From assembly GCA_964416505.1 (NCBI GenBank), contig CAYQEJ010000001.1, forward strand, positions 77,774-141,773: 64,000 nt of DNA, read 5' to 3'. Numbering within the stretch: the stretch's first letter is position 1; every line of letters starts with the position of its first letter. The notes under the pieces were generated by a model. That model saw nothing but the letters and a program-made list of their open reading frames with translations, ran no database searches and was not told the origin of the DNA. Positions 51,682-61,356 of this stretch are shown here, one piece after another. This DNA is from an uncultured Gammaproteobacteria bacterium (GTDB lineage: Bacteria > Patescibacteriota > Microgenomatia > Levybacterales > UBA12049). The position numbers were made by a program, and so were the translations under genes.

Positions 51682-53016
51682 TTAGGACAAATGCTTTATC
51701 AATAGAAATATTTTATTTAAAATCTCCATTTTTATTTTTCCTGAGTCTGATAATGCGCCATTTACATATGTAGCATCCTGCCAAAAAATTTTAAAGATGA
51801 AAATAGATAGAGCTTGGTGCAAGATAAAAGCAAATGTAACCAAAGATATAAATACTATAGAAAACTTTTTTCTTAAATATGTGATTATCTCTGCAATTCC
51901 AAATACTAAAATGGGAAGGATACTTATAAAATATCTTAACGAGTAACTTGCAGCATCCCAAGCATGGTAACTTAGAATAAGTAAAAAATCTAAAATTACC
52001 ACAAGACAAAATACTTTTCCTAAAAAGTTTTTTCTTTTATAGAATAGATATAAACCTAAAAATGAAAATAAAATTAACGGGGTATAAAATAACAATCCTA
52101 ATTTTTGACTGAAAATTATTTCTTTAAAATATGCAAAAAAAACAAATTCAGTCTCTGCTTTTAAAATATGTGGGATTAGAATAAATTTTCCTTGCCCAAA
52201 ACATAAAATTAATAGTTGAGGTAAATAACCCATACACCCTCCTAAAATTAACACAAAAACTTTTTTTACTAAATCTTTTTTAAAAGTTATAAAGAATGAA
52301 AATATTGGAAATACAATGAATAAACCATCTTGAAATCTATTAGATATCATTAACCCAACAACTAATGACTGTATGAACAAATTTATTACACTAGGTCTTT
52401 TTTTATACTCAATAAATAGATAAATGATTATAGAAGCAGCGAAAAAAGAAAAAGGATGTGAGTTGTTCACATCAAACCCAGAATAATAGAATAAATTAGT
52501 AGCAAATAAAATTAATATAATTGAAAGTGCTACTACTTCTTTTCTATATAGCTTCAAAAGACTCTTAGATAAAAAAATTAAACCTAAAACGGAAAATAAA
52601 ATATTCCCAATTCCTAATGTAATTTGATAAATATCACTGTAACCGTTTCTAACAAAATTCATACCAAATTTTTGTAGTATGAGAATTAAAATATCTCCCA
52701 CGAAGAAAAAAGGAAGCCAAACTACGGATACTCCAAGAGAGAAATTATAGGTTGTTTTTTTTATGATATCTGAGATTTTGGGATTGGAATCATTAGAAAC
52801 AGGAAGGTTGTTATTTACCTTATCCCACGGATGACTCATTTCATCAGTTATGTCGATATTTTTAGAAAAATAAATAGATCGCGTAAAAGCTAAATAATAT
52901 CTTCCATCCCCATAAACAGCTTGACCAACCAGTTTAAACTCTATTAGAAAAGTAACTACCAGAACGATAAATATAGATAAAAAATAATATTTCCAAAATT
53001 TATTTTTCTTTAGCAT
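51682..53016 (-). CDS. Hypothetical polytopic membrane protein (GT-C-like)
   Basis: About 12 TM helices. The ORF-track start (TTG 53058) reads through tRNA-Val, so the ATG at 53016 (MLKKNKFW) was chosen. Confidence 0.45.
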   Translation of the reverse strand: MLKKNKFWKYYFLSIFIVLVVTFLIEFKLVGQAVYGDGRYYLAFTRSIYFSKNIDITDEMSHPWDKVNNNLPVSNDSNPKISDIIKKTTYNFSLGVSVVWLPFFFVGDILILILQKFGMNFVRNGYSDIYQITLGIGNILFSVLGLIFLSKSLLKLYRKEVVALSIILILFATNLFYYSGFDVNNSHPFSFFAASIIIYLFIEYKKRPSVINLFIQSLVVGLMISNRFQDGLFIVFPIFSFFITFKKDLVKKVFVLILGGCMGYLPQLLILCFGQGKFILIPHILKAETEFVFFAYFKEIIFSQKLGLLFYTPLILFSFLGLYLFYKRKNFLGKVFCLVVILDFLLILSYHAWDAASYSLRYFISILPILVFGIAEIITYLRKKFSIVFISLVTFAFILHQALSIFIFKIFWQDATYVNGALSDSGKIKMEILNKIFLLIKHLS

Positions 53017-53022
53017 ATTAAG

Positions 53023-53096
53023 TGGACTTGAGAGGATTCGAACCTCTGACCTTTTCAATGTGAATGAAACGCTCTAACCAGCTGAGCTACAAATCC
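53023..53096 (-). tRNA. tRNA-Val (anticodon CAC)
   Basis: Reverse complement: acceptor GGATTTG/CAAGTCC, D-arm GCTC-AGCTGGTTA-GAGC, anticodon stem TTTCA/TGAAA with loop TTCACAT (CAC), T-arm AGAGG-TTCGAAT-CCTCT. No CCA encoded. Confidence 0.85.
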
Positions 53097-53154
53097 TTTC
53101 ATATGTTATTAAATTCTATTTGACAAAACAAGGCTAGAATGGGAGAATTATCTG

Positions 53155-53712
53155 ATGGAAGTTCTAAAAAAGATTTATTTCTTTCTCCTCGACATACTCC
53201 AGACTTTGATATTAGCAGCAGCGGCTTTTGTAATTGTTTATATGTTTCTTTTCCGCCCGTTTGAAGTCAAAGGAGATTCAATGTACCCTAATTTTCATAA
53301 TAATGAATACCTTATTACAAATATAATTAGTCTTAAATTTGGGAATCCTAAATTAGGAGATGTGATTGTTTTTAAAGCTCCAGAAAAACAAGAAGTAGAT
53401 TTCATAAAAAGAGTGATTGGAGTTAAAGGTGATAAAGTTTCCATAGAGGAAGGAAAAGTAATTCTTAACGGAAAAGTTCTGGATGAAAGTAAATATCTAA
53501 ATGAAAGCGTAAAAACATATGGAGGAAACTTCCTTAGAGAGGGCCAAACCGTAACTGTTCCGGACGGATACTTCTTTGTACTTGGCGATAATAGATCCTA
53601 TTCATCAGATTCAAGAGAGTGGGGATTTGTTCCAAAGAAAAATATAATTGGAATTTCGATCTTTGTTTATTGGCCAATAAAAAGCGCGGGAGTACTTAAA
53701 AATCCTTATTAA
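53155..53712 (+). CDS. lepB: Signal peptidase I (S26 family)
   Basis: Catalytic Ser box GDSMYPNF, Lys box KRVIGVKGD, C-terminal box VLGDNRSYSSDSREWGFVPKKNIIG. Confidence 0.85.
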   Translation: MEVLKKIYFFLLDILQTLILAAAAFVIVYMFLFRPFEVKGDSMYPNFHNNEYLITNIISLKFGNPKLGDVIVFKAPEKQEVDFIKRVIGVKGDKVSIEEGKVILNGKVLDESKYLNESVKTYGGNFLREGQTVTVPDGYFFVLGDNRSYSSDSREWGFVPKKNIIGISIFVYWPIKSAGVLKNPY

Positions 53713-54527
53713 TTTGTAAGAAGCGATACTAATTCTTGAACTTTAGGTCCAGTAACTTCCACATCTCCACTTACCTCAATAATAATTCTCGCCTTTGATC
53801 TTGATTGATAAATTGATACCTTATCAACTGATCTTTTGTCTTTAATATTCTTTGCCATTTCATCAAGCTCTGGCACCCATAGCTTATCAGTTTTCTTTGG
53901 CTCTCTTTGTTCGACTTCTCCTTTAACCTGTCTTGCTAATTCCTCAGTTTGACGAACAGTACTGTTTTCTTTAAGAATTTTCTTAAATAACTCGAGCATT
54001 AACTTACTATCCCCTAGTGAAATTAAAGGCCTAACGTGCCCCTCTGTAATGACTCCGGCTACCAAAGCGTCTTTAATCGCATCTGGAAGAGATAATAAAC
54101 GAATTGTATTAGAGACTGTAGGCGCACTTTTTCCCACCTTTCTTGCTACCTCATTTGTTCCAAGACCAAACTCATCGATCAACCTTTTATAAGCCTGGGC
54201 TCTCTCAATAGGATTAAGATCTTCTCTCTGAACATTTTCAACAATAGCCATTTCAAGCATTTGCTGAGGAGATGTTTGCTTAATAACAACTGGAACCGTT
54301 TTAAGCCCTAAAAGCTTTGCAGCCCTCCATCTTCTCTCACCAGCTATGATCTGATATCCTGCGGGCGTGCTAGCAACAACAATTGGCTCTAAAATTCCCT
54401 GTTCCCTTATAGAATCTGCGAGTTCAGTTAGCGAATCTGGTGAGATAATTCCTCGTGGCTGAAGAGGATTAGATTGAAGCATATTTACTTCAATTTCTGT
54501 AATGGTCTTTTCAGATGGAGTGTCCAT
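53709..54527 (-). CDS. parB: ParB/Spo0J-like partition/nucleoid protein
   Basis: ParB box GERRWRAAKLLG, HTH region, N-terminal LQPRGIISPDSLTELADSIREQGILEPIVV. Its start abuts the rpmA stop. No parA within the window. Confidence 0.8.
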   Translation of the reverse strand: MDTPSEKTITEIEVNMLQSNPLQPRGIISPDSLTELADSIREQGILEPIVVASTPAGYQIIAGERRWRAAKLLGLKTVPVVIKQTSPQQMLEMAIVENVQREDLNPIERAQAYKRLIDEFGLGTNEVARKVGKSAPTVSNTIRLLSLPDAIKDALVAGVITEGHVRPLISLGDSKLMLELFKKILKENSTVRQTEELARQVKGEVEQREPKKTDKLWVPELDEMAKNIKDKRSVDKVSIYQSRSKARIIIEVSGDVEVTGPKVQELVSLLTN

Positions 54528-54782
54528 TTACTTTTGAGATATAACCTGAACTAATTTCTTTCCTTTTCGTGTAATAAATTCTACAGTTCCATTTGCCACT
54601 GCAAAAAGCGTAAAATCTTTTCCCATTGATACACCATTTCCAGGATAGAACTTACTTCCACGCTGTCTAACGATAATATTTCCGGGAGTTGCTTTTTCAC
54701 CGGCATACAACTTAACGCCTAAGCGCTTCGCAAGCGAGTCTCTATTTCCTTTAACTGATCCTTGTGCTTTTGTATGTGCCAT
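54528..54782 (-). CDS. rpmA: 50S ribosomal protein L27
   Basis: [29 protein letters not shown] is a canonical L27 N-terminus; 84 aa. Confidence 0.95.
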   Translation of the reverse strand: MAHTKAQGSVKGNRDSLAKRLGVKLYAGEKATPGNIIVRQRGSKFYPGNGVSMGKDFTLFAVANGTVEFITRKGKKLVQVISQK

Positions 54783-54855
54783 ATATACTTGTGAAAACTT
54801 ATAAAATTTTATCTATATTTTTCACAAAGGTCAATAAGTCAAACTATGTCATTCC

Positions 54856-55233
54856 CTATTTTTTTGACTCAGTTGGGGCAGATTTGGTTGTTTTCTCAGC
54901 TTTTTCTTCTAATTTTGTACTTCCTGCTTCAATTTTATTTATTTTAATTACTGATAATTGTGATCTAAATCCAATAACTTTTCTATACCTTGATTTCGCC
55001 TTAAACTTAGCAACTCTAATTTTTTCCCCTTTAATATTCTCAACCAGAGTAGCGGTAACCTTGGCATCTTTAACGTTTGGTTTTCCAATGGAAACTTTAC
55101 CCTCATTTACAAAAAGAAGAACATCGTCGAATACTATTTCTTTCTTATCAGAAATAATTTTATCAACTTCCAGAGTATCTCCAACGTTAACTTTATATTG
55201 TTTTCCACCTGTTCTTATTACTGCGTACTGCAT
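54856..55233 (-). CDS. rplU: 50S ribosomal protein L21
   Basis: MQYAVIRTGGKQYKV N-terminus. 125 aa with a lysine-rich C-terminal extension. Confidence 0.9.
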   Translation of the reverse strand: MQYAVIRTGGKQYKVNVGDTLEVDKIISDKKEIVFDDVLLFVNEGKVSIGKPNVKDAKVTATLVENIKGEKIRVAKFKAKSRYRKVIGFRSQLSVIKINKIEAGSTKLEEKAEKTTKSAPTESKK

Positions 55234-55257
55234 ATAGCCATAAATTATACCAAAATA

Positions 55258-56334
55258 TTACCTTATTTCCAATACTTCTCGTCTTTTTCCTTTATTCAAA
55301 GCAAATAGAAGACCTAAAAGGATAAAATTAGACAAAAGCGAACTCCCTCCGTAGGATACAAATGGCAATGTCACTCCTACTATTGGAGCAATTCCTATGT
55401 TCATTCCTACGTTTACAATGAAGTGAATAAAAATTATAAAAAAAGCAGTAATAGCAAACATCTTAGAAAATCTGTCCTCAGAATTTTTAATAATTAAATA
55501 AATTCGGAAAAATATAAAAGCAAAAGTCAGAATTATAATAAATGAACCTAAAAATCCTAGCTCTTCGGAAATTGTGGCAAATATAAAATCCGTATGTCTC
55601 TCAGGAAGAAATCTGAGCCCCGCCTGAGTACCCTGCCCCAGACCTCTACCTATCAACATTCCCGAACCCACAGCTATCACAGCCTGAATCGCATTGTAGG
55701 ACGTACCAAGAGGGTCTCTGGTAGGGTTAATAAAAGTGAGTATTCTCTGCCTTTGATAGTCATGAAGAAAAACCCACAAAAAAGGCAAAGATGATAACCA
55801 GATTAAAAATCCAGCAAAAAACCATTTAAATGGATAGCCATAAATTAAAAGTAGGGCTATAGTTACAAAAACATAAATCAAAGCATTACCTAAATCCGGT
55901 TGAAAAAAAATCAAAAGAGCAATCGGAATAAGTAAAACCAGAGAAAGAATAAAAGATCTAAATGAATATGTTTTTAGTGAAGTTAAATAGGAAGCGATCG
56001 ATATTGCAAGGAAAGGCTTAAGAAGCTCTGAGAATTGTATCCCAACACCAAAAATCGTAAACCACCTAACACTTCCCCTACTCTCTACTCCCAAAAAAAG
56101 AACTGCGGTTAGAAGAATTAAGGAAGCTATATAAATTGGAATCGAATACGTACGTAAAACTGACGGGTTAAGTTGGGAAAAAACTAAAAAAATGATTACT
56201 GAAAGCACAGTAAAAATTAATTGACTCTTAAAAATTGCATTATCAATCGAAAAAAGCGTAACAAGACTAAATGTTACTAGAATTCCTACGGCTAACATCA
56301 AAAGCCAATCAATTGAGGAAAAAGAGAACTTCAT
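55258..56334 (-). CDS. SEDS family peptidoglycan glycosyltransferase (FtsW/RodA)
   Basis: 358 aa, 10 TMs, conserved SEDS motifs (…PERHTDFIFA…, GSSLLSNFILLGLL). Confidence 0.85.
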   Translation of the reverse strand: MKFSFSSIDWLLMLAVGILVTFSLVTLFSIDNAIFKSQLIFTVLSVIIFLVFSQLNPSVLRTYSIPIYIASLILLTAVLFLGVESRGSVRWFTIFGVGIQFSELLKPFLAISIASYLTSLKTYSFRSFILSLVLLIPIALLIFFQPDLGNALIYVFVTIALLLIYGYPFKWFFAGFLIWLSSLPFLWVFLHDYQRQRILTFINPTRDPLGTSYNAIQAVIAVGSGMLIGRGLGQGTQAGLRFLPERHTDFIFATISEELGFLGSFIIILTFAFIFFRIYLIIKNSEDRFSKMFAITAFFIIFIHFIVNVGMNIGIAPIVGVTLPFVSYGGSSLLSNFILLGLLFALNKGKRREVLEIR

Positions 56335-59243
56335 TAAACTTTTGTAACTTTAAATTCACCTTTTGTCAAATTATTTATTAATGCTTTTCTTTTTATTTCT
56401 TCTTCAAATTCCTCGGGCCATGATTCAAGTGAGACATTTACTTTTTCCGACAAACTTGTACCCATCATTTTTCTCTCCTCTTGGATTTTTCTTACTAAAT
56501 CTCTAGCATCTCCTTCTGCTTTTAATGCTGGTGTAATTTCAATATCTAAAAATAATCCAATCTTCTTTTTATAATCATCATTTTCAGTTGCATCAATTAT
56601 AAATTCTCCTTTTGGCATATCAGAATAATTCATAAAATCTATATTTTTTAAATTAAGTTCTGATTTTAAAATTTCTTCAAAAGGTTTTATTCTTTCTTTT
56701 TCTTCCAACGGTTCTCCGAAAAATCCAATTCTAGAAAGCGGCTGCCTTACCTTTATTCCTTTTTCTTTTCTTATAGAATGAATCCTGACAACAACACCTC
56801 TTATTCTTTCCATTGAAAAAATTAAATTTATGTCATAAGCCTTTGACTCCGGCCAATCTGTTAAGTGCACCGATTCCTCTTCAGTTAAATTTTTATACAT
56901 TTCCTCAACTGTAAATGGAGTTATTGGAGCAAGTATTTTACAAAGAGTAGTTAAAACTTCATAGGTTGTAGAATAAAAATCATTTTTGTCTTTCGTGTTT
57001 TGCATAGACGCACCAACCCTGTCTCTACTTCTTCTTATGTACCATGTTGAAAAATCATTTATAAATTTATTGATTTTTGAAATTGCTGAAACTGTATCAA
57101 AATTATCAAGGTCTTTTGTAACTTCAGAAGTTAGTTGATTCAAAAGAGCTATAACCCATTTGTCTAAGATGTTTTCTGAATCTTTAGTAATTTTTTCCTT
57201 GCTCCAATCATCGACATTGGCATAACTAATAAAGAAGTTATAGGTATTCCACAAAATCAAAAGCAATCCTTTAACTTGCTCTCTGTATTGCTCTTCGGAA
57301 ATAATTATATCCTCACCATTCATAATAGGAGAAGACATTAAGTAAAGCCTTAAAGCATCTCCACCATATTTTGCAAGAAGTTCTTTCGGATCCGGATAAT
57401 TTCCTAAATTCTTACTCATTTTCCTACCATCCGTTCCCAGAATAACTCCCTCAACTCCAACATTTTTAAATGCTTTTGATTTATAAAGTGCTCCTCCAAT
57501 TACATGAAGCACATAAAACCAGGCACGTATTTGACCTGTATATTCAGCGATAAAATCTGGAGGGAAAAATTCTTCAAGTTTTTGTTCACCTTCAAATGGA
57601 TAATGCCGCTCTGCAAAACTTGCACTTCCAGCTTCTATCCAGCTATCTAAAACTTCCGGAACTCTCTTAACTTTTTTGCCACATTTTCTACAGTCTATTT
57701 CTACTTCATCTATATCTGGTTTATGAAGATTTTTTATAGTTTTTCCAGAAGCCTCCTCAAGTTCTTTTATAGAACCAGGAACAAATCGTTCTCCACATTC
57801 GCATTCCCAAACCGGAACAGGGCTTCCCCAATACCTATTTCTCGAGATATTCCAGTCTGGAGCATTTTCAAGACTTTTTAAAAATCTGCCATGCTTAAAA
57901 TGCTTTGGAAACCAATTAACTTCTTCGTTTGTTTTGATTAATAAATCTTTAATATTTTGAATATTCACATACCATGCATCAATAGGCGCATAGTAAAGAC
58001 GCGTATGGCATCTCCAACAAAGAGGAACAGAGTGCAAAAGTTCCTCATCTTTATAAACTAACCCTCTTGAAGACAAGTCTTCATTAACTGCTTTATTTGC
58101 TTTTAGATAATACATTCCGCCAAAAATCGGAACATCGTCTTTAATCATTCCTTCTTCATCTACATGCATTTCTTTATGAATGTTATTTTCATTCATAGCC
58201 TTTAAATCCTCTTCTCCATAGGCGGCGATCGTTACCACTCCAGTTCCTTCTTCCGCGGTTACAAATTCTCCTCCTATTATTTCAAAGGCTCTCTCGTCTT
58301 CTTTAATTTTGTTTTTATAGTAATCGTAATGAGGAATATATTTTTTACCAATTAAACTTTTCCCATCAAACTCTTCTACAATTTCATAAGTTTTTACATC
58401 TCCCAAAGTCTTTATTGTAGTCTTCGCCAAAATATAATACTCGTCATTTTGTTTTACTTTTACGTAAATTAAATTAGGATTTACAGCAAGTGCAGGAGTA
58501 ACAATTTTATTCCAGGGAGTAGTTGACCATGCAAGAATAAATGTGTTTTTTTCACCCTCAAGTTCATATTTATAAGTTGTTGCAGAATCTGTTAAATCTT
58601 TATAGTTATCTGCATCCATCGCAACTTCAAAATTTGAAATTGGAGTTGAGCAGTGCGGACAAAAAAGTGTAACCTTAAGACCTTTATAGATATGCTTCCT
58701 GTCATACATTTGCTTAAATACCCACATAACTGATTCCATATAATTCATGTCCCAGGTCTTATAAGCATTTTTAAAATCTACCCATCTCCCAATATGATCG
58801 ACATACCATTCCCACTCTCCAGAAATTTGCTCAACATAGGCTTTGCATTCATCTATAAATTTTTTAACCCCTACAATTTCCTCTATGTCTTTTTTTCTTT
58901 TTATTTCAAGTTTATTTTCTACTTTATTCTCAACCGGAAGACCATGCCCATCCCATCCCCAGACGCGACGAACTCTGTAGCCTTTCATTGTGTAGAAACG
59001 CCCAAACACATCCTTGTGAATACTACCCAAAAGATGTCCATAATGAGGCATTCCTGTTACAAAAGGAGGGCCGTCAAGAAAAGTCCAATCTCCTTTTGGA
59101 GCATTTTTTTCCACAGATTTTTCAAATGTTTTATTTTTACGCCAAGTTGACAATATCTCCTCTTCAATTTGAGGAAAATTTGCTTTTGGATCTACTGATT
59201 TAAACATAAAGCTAATTGTACCTAAAACTAAGGCTATCTTCAA
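56334..59243 (-). CDS. ileS: Isoleucine--tRNA ligase, type 2 (HYGH variant of the HIGH motif)
   Basis: PPFVTGMPHYGH (HIGH-class motif as HYGH), WGWDGHGLPVE, KMSKN (KMSKS), a Zn-binding CxxC region and CP1 editing domain; 969 aa. The true start may be the internal ATG at 59207 (MFKSVDPKANFPQIEEEIL). Confidence 0.75.
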   Translation of the reverse strand: MKIALVLGTISFMFKSVDPKANFPQIEEEILSTWRKNKTFEKSVEKNAPKGDWTFLDGPPFVTGMPHYGHLLGSIHKDVFGRFYTMKGYRVRRVWGWDGHGLPVENKVENKLEIKRKKDIEEIVGVKKFIDECKAYVEQISGEWEWYVDHIGRWVDFKNAYKTWDMNYMESVMWVFKQMYDRKHIYKGLKVTLFCPHCSTPISNFEVAMDADNYKDLTDSATTYKYELEGEKNTFILAWSTTPWNKIVTPALAVNPNLIYVKVKQNDEYYILAKTTIKTLGDVKTYEIVEEFDGKSLIGKKYIPHYDYYKNKIKEDERAFEIIGGEFVTAEEGTGVVTIAAYGEEDLKAMNENNIHKEMHVDEEGMIKDDVPIFGGMYYLKANKAVNEDLSSRGLVYKDEELLHSVPLCWRCHTRLYYAPIDAWYVNIQNIKDLLIKTNEEVNWFPKHFKHGRFLKSLENAPDWNISRNRYWGSPVPVWECECGERFVPGSIKELEEASGKTIKNLHKPDIDEVEIDCRKCGKKVKRVPEVLDSWIEAGSASFAERHYPFEGEQKLEEFFPPDFIAEYTGQIRAWFYVLHVIGGALYKSKAFKNVGVEGVILGTDGRKMSKNLGNYPDPKELLAKYGGDALRLYLMSSPIMNGEDIIISEEQYREQVKGLLLILWNTYNFFISYANVDDWSKEKITKDSENILDKWVIALLNQLTSEVTKDLDNFDTVSAISKINKFINDFSTWYIRRSRDRVGASMQNTKDKNDFYSTTYEVLTTLCKILAPITPFTVEEMYKNLTEEESVHLTDWPESKAYDINLIFSMERIRGVVVRIHSIRKEKGIKVRQPLSRIGFFGEPLEEKERIKPFEEILKSELNLKNIDFMNYSDMPKGEFIIDATENDDYKKKIGLFLDIEITPALKAEGDARDLVRKIQEERKMMGTSLSEKVNVSLESWPEEFEEEIKRKALINNLTKGEFKVTKV

Positions 59244-59288
59244 CTAAAATTATTTACAAATTGACTACTCTATGAGATATTGGCTTAA

Positions 59289-60275
59289 ATGCAAACCAGA
59301 AGAGAAGTTTGGGCTGATATTGCAAGGATCACAGCAATATTTTTTATAATTTTGGCTCACACGATTTTACTTAAAGATCATCAACCAAAAAGTTTATTGG
59401 TCTCAAATTTTTACCATATTTTTGGAAATTCCGGTGCTCCGTTATTTTTTATACTGAGTGGATATTTTCTACTTTCAAAAAATGAATCTGCAAATTTTTT
59501 TTACAAAAAAAGATTAGCAAGAATTTTTTTTCCGTGGATTTTCTGGACACTGGCTATGACTCTTATTAATTTGTTTTACTATCAAACAAACTTGGGATTT
59601 TTTTCAGAATTTAAAAAAAGTTTTTTTGGTTTTTGGTTTTTACCAATAATTTTTATTTTTTATTTGCTTACTCCACTTTTCAAAAATTTACTGCATAATT
59701 CTTCTCCAAAACAAATCTTTTTTTTAATTTTTATTTGGTACTTATCTGTTTCTTTTTTTCCATATTTTTTAAATAATCAAGCATTTCCATATTTTGTCGA
59801 TAATAGCTTACTACGCCAATCGATTTACTTCGTAGGATATTTTATTTTTGGATATTTATTTTTTAAATTCAATAAGAGGAGCTTAAACTCTCTTTGGATT
59901 TTTTTGTCTTTAATAGTTTTAATTATTTTTACCTTAACACTAAGCATCCTTAATCCCGCAATGGATCCTACTAATTATTATTCACCCACAATGATTCCTA
60001 TTGTATTCCTTATAATAATTTTAATTTATAAATTTTTTGTAGAAATCAAAATAAACAAAAAGGGAGCTATTTTTCTATCAAAGATAAGTAGTCTAAGTCT
60101 TGGTATATATTTTTTCCACGATATATTTATTTTGAAATTCCTAAAACTAGGTTTATTTGTTGATAAATCAAACTATCTTTCCAGCTTTATTAATGGAACA
60201 GCTGTATTCACGATAAGTCTTCTAGCATTACTTCTTATTTCTAAGATCAAATTTTTGAAAAGATTTATTACCTAA
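59289..60275 (+). CDS. Acyltransferase family 3 (OatA/OafA-like) membrane protein
   Basis: N-terminus RREVWADIARITAIFFIILAHT carries the conserved Arg/His of acyltransferase_3. About 10 TMs. Confidence 0.7.
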   Translation: MQTRREVWADIARITAIFFIILAHTILLKDHQPKSLLVSNFYHIFGNSGAPLFFILSGYFLLSKNESANFFYKKRLARIFFPWIFWTLAMTLINLFYYQTNLGFFSEFKKSFFGFWFLPIIFIFYLLTPLFKNLLHNSSPKQIFFLIFIWYLSVSFFPYFLNNQAFPYFVDNSLLRQSIYFVGYFIFGYLFFKFNKRSLNSLWIFLSLIVLIIFTLTLSILNPAMDPTNYYSPTMIPIVFLIIILIYKFFVEIKINKKGAIFLSKISSLSLGIYFFHDIFILKFLKLGLFVDKSNYLSSFINGTAVFTISLLALLLISKIKFLKRFIT

Positions 60276-60888
60276 CTCCAAAAATAAAAACTGCGAAGTA
60301 TCCTGCAACTCCACCGCAACCATGATTCCAGGATGGGTTCTGAATTGCCTCCTTATGCCCTGTAAGCGACCTATCCCACCCATACTCTACTATATGAACA
60401 CCATACTGAGGTTGTACTCCACCAAACAGCACTTCTCCTACTCTATAAAAATCATTTTGACTCTGGGCATACTTTTCGAATCCTGCGTGACCATCTAGTC
60501 CTCCATTTGCTAATTGCTCGTCAGCACGTTTTTTTGCGATATCACAAAGAGTGTCATTTCGCGTAATAGTCTGCACATTATGTGCCCTCCTATAATTATT
60601 TATTGCATCAAACAATTCTTCGGGTGTGGACATTCTCGGGTCTGGAGGAAGATTAATCTTTGTCATATGCTCATCTACCTTTTCAACACTCCAATCAAAA
60701 GGCGGTTGGGTAGGAGCCATCTTAATTTGAGCTTTCAATTCTTCAGTCACTTTTTCAGGACTTTTTAAATATATCCTCCCTTTCACATTTGAATTATTTG
60801 CAAAAAAAGCAAAAATAAGAAAAACAAAAAAAAGAATAAAAAATTTTGAAAAATAAGGAGCCTTAGTTTTTTTATGATTTTTTTTCAT
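60268..60888 (-). CDS. Secreted CAP (SCP/PR-1-like) domain protein
   Basis: N-terminal TM/signal peptide. The C-terminal region with conserved His/Cys (…GHAGFE…NPSWNHGCGGVAGYF) is weakly CAP-like. Confidence 0.4.
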   Translation of the reverse strand: MKKNHKKTKAPYFSKFFILFFVFLIFAFFANNSNVKGRIYLKSPEKVTEELKAQIKMAPTQPPFDWSVEKVDEHMTKINLPPDPRMSTPEELFDAINNYRRAHNVQTITRNDTLCDIAKKRADEQLANGGLDGHAGFEKYAQSQNDFYRVGEVLFGGVQPQYGVHIVEYGWDRSLTGHKEAIQNPSWNHGCGGVAGYFAVFIFGVR

Positions 60889-61338
60889 TTAAAAAACCGC
60901 TACCCTTGTCCCTACAGGAGCGAAGTCGTAAAGCCATTTCGAAAAAGCAACCGGAGTATTTACGCATCCATGTGAATAACGTGTCCCAAAACTGTTATGC
61001 CAATACGCTCCGTGAATTGCATAAGCTTTATAAAAATACATTACATTCGGAACATCTTTTAAAAAATAAGGTTTATATGGAGGATAATTCCCGCTCATAT
61101 TTTGTAGATCAAATTTTTTATAAATTCTAAAGTTGTCTCCTTTTACTGTAGGCGTATAAATCATTCCTGTAGATACAGGGCTTTGATTAATTAGTCTTCC
61201 TCCATCCCAAGCATATAGCATTTGTTTTGTAGTATCTATTGTAATAAGTTTTTCGCTTGTTAAGATTTGAGCATTTGCTGTTTTCGGAAAAAGAAAAAAA
61301 AGGGAAAATATTAGAAGAAATACAGGCAGCAGCTTCAT
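60889..61338 (-). CDS. L,D-transpeptidase (YkuD domain)
   Basis: Signal peptide plus catalytic motif HGAYWHNSFGTRYSHGCVN (His…SHGC). Confidence 0.8.
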   Translation of the reverse strand: MKLLPVFLLIFSLFFLFPKTANAQILTSEKLITIDTTKQMLYAWDGGRLINQSPVSTGMIYTPTVKGDNFRIYKKFDLQNMSGNYPPYKPYFLKDVPNVMYFYKAYAIHGAYWHNSFGTRYSHGCVNTPVAFSKWLYDFAPVGTRVAVF

Positions 61339-61356
61339 AGTTTTATAGTAACAAAA

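Noticed and set aside
53017-53058. TTG-initiated extension of the membrane-protein ORF (MKRSEVRILSSPLN…) across tRNA-Val
   Set aside because: The peptide is encoded by the tRNA T-arm/acceptor (GAGGTTCGAATCCTC gives EVRIL). The real start is taken as the ATG at 53016.
53119-53154. TTGACA-containing putative promoter upstream of lepB
   Set aside because: TTGACA is present (53120-53125), but no convincing -10 lies at a 16-18 nt spacing: GAGAAT is weak and TAGAAT is only 9 nt away. Not reported as a feature.
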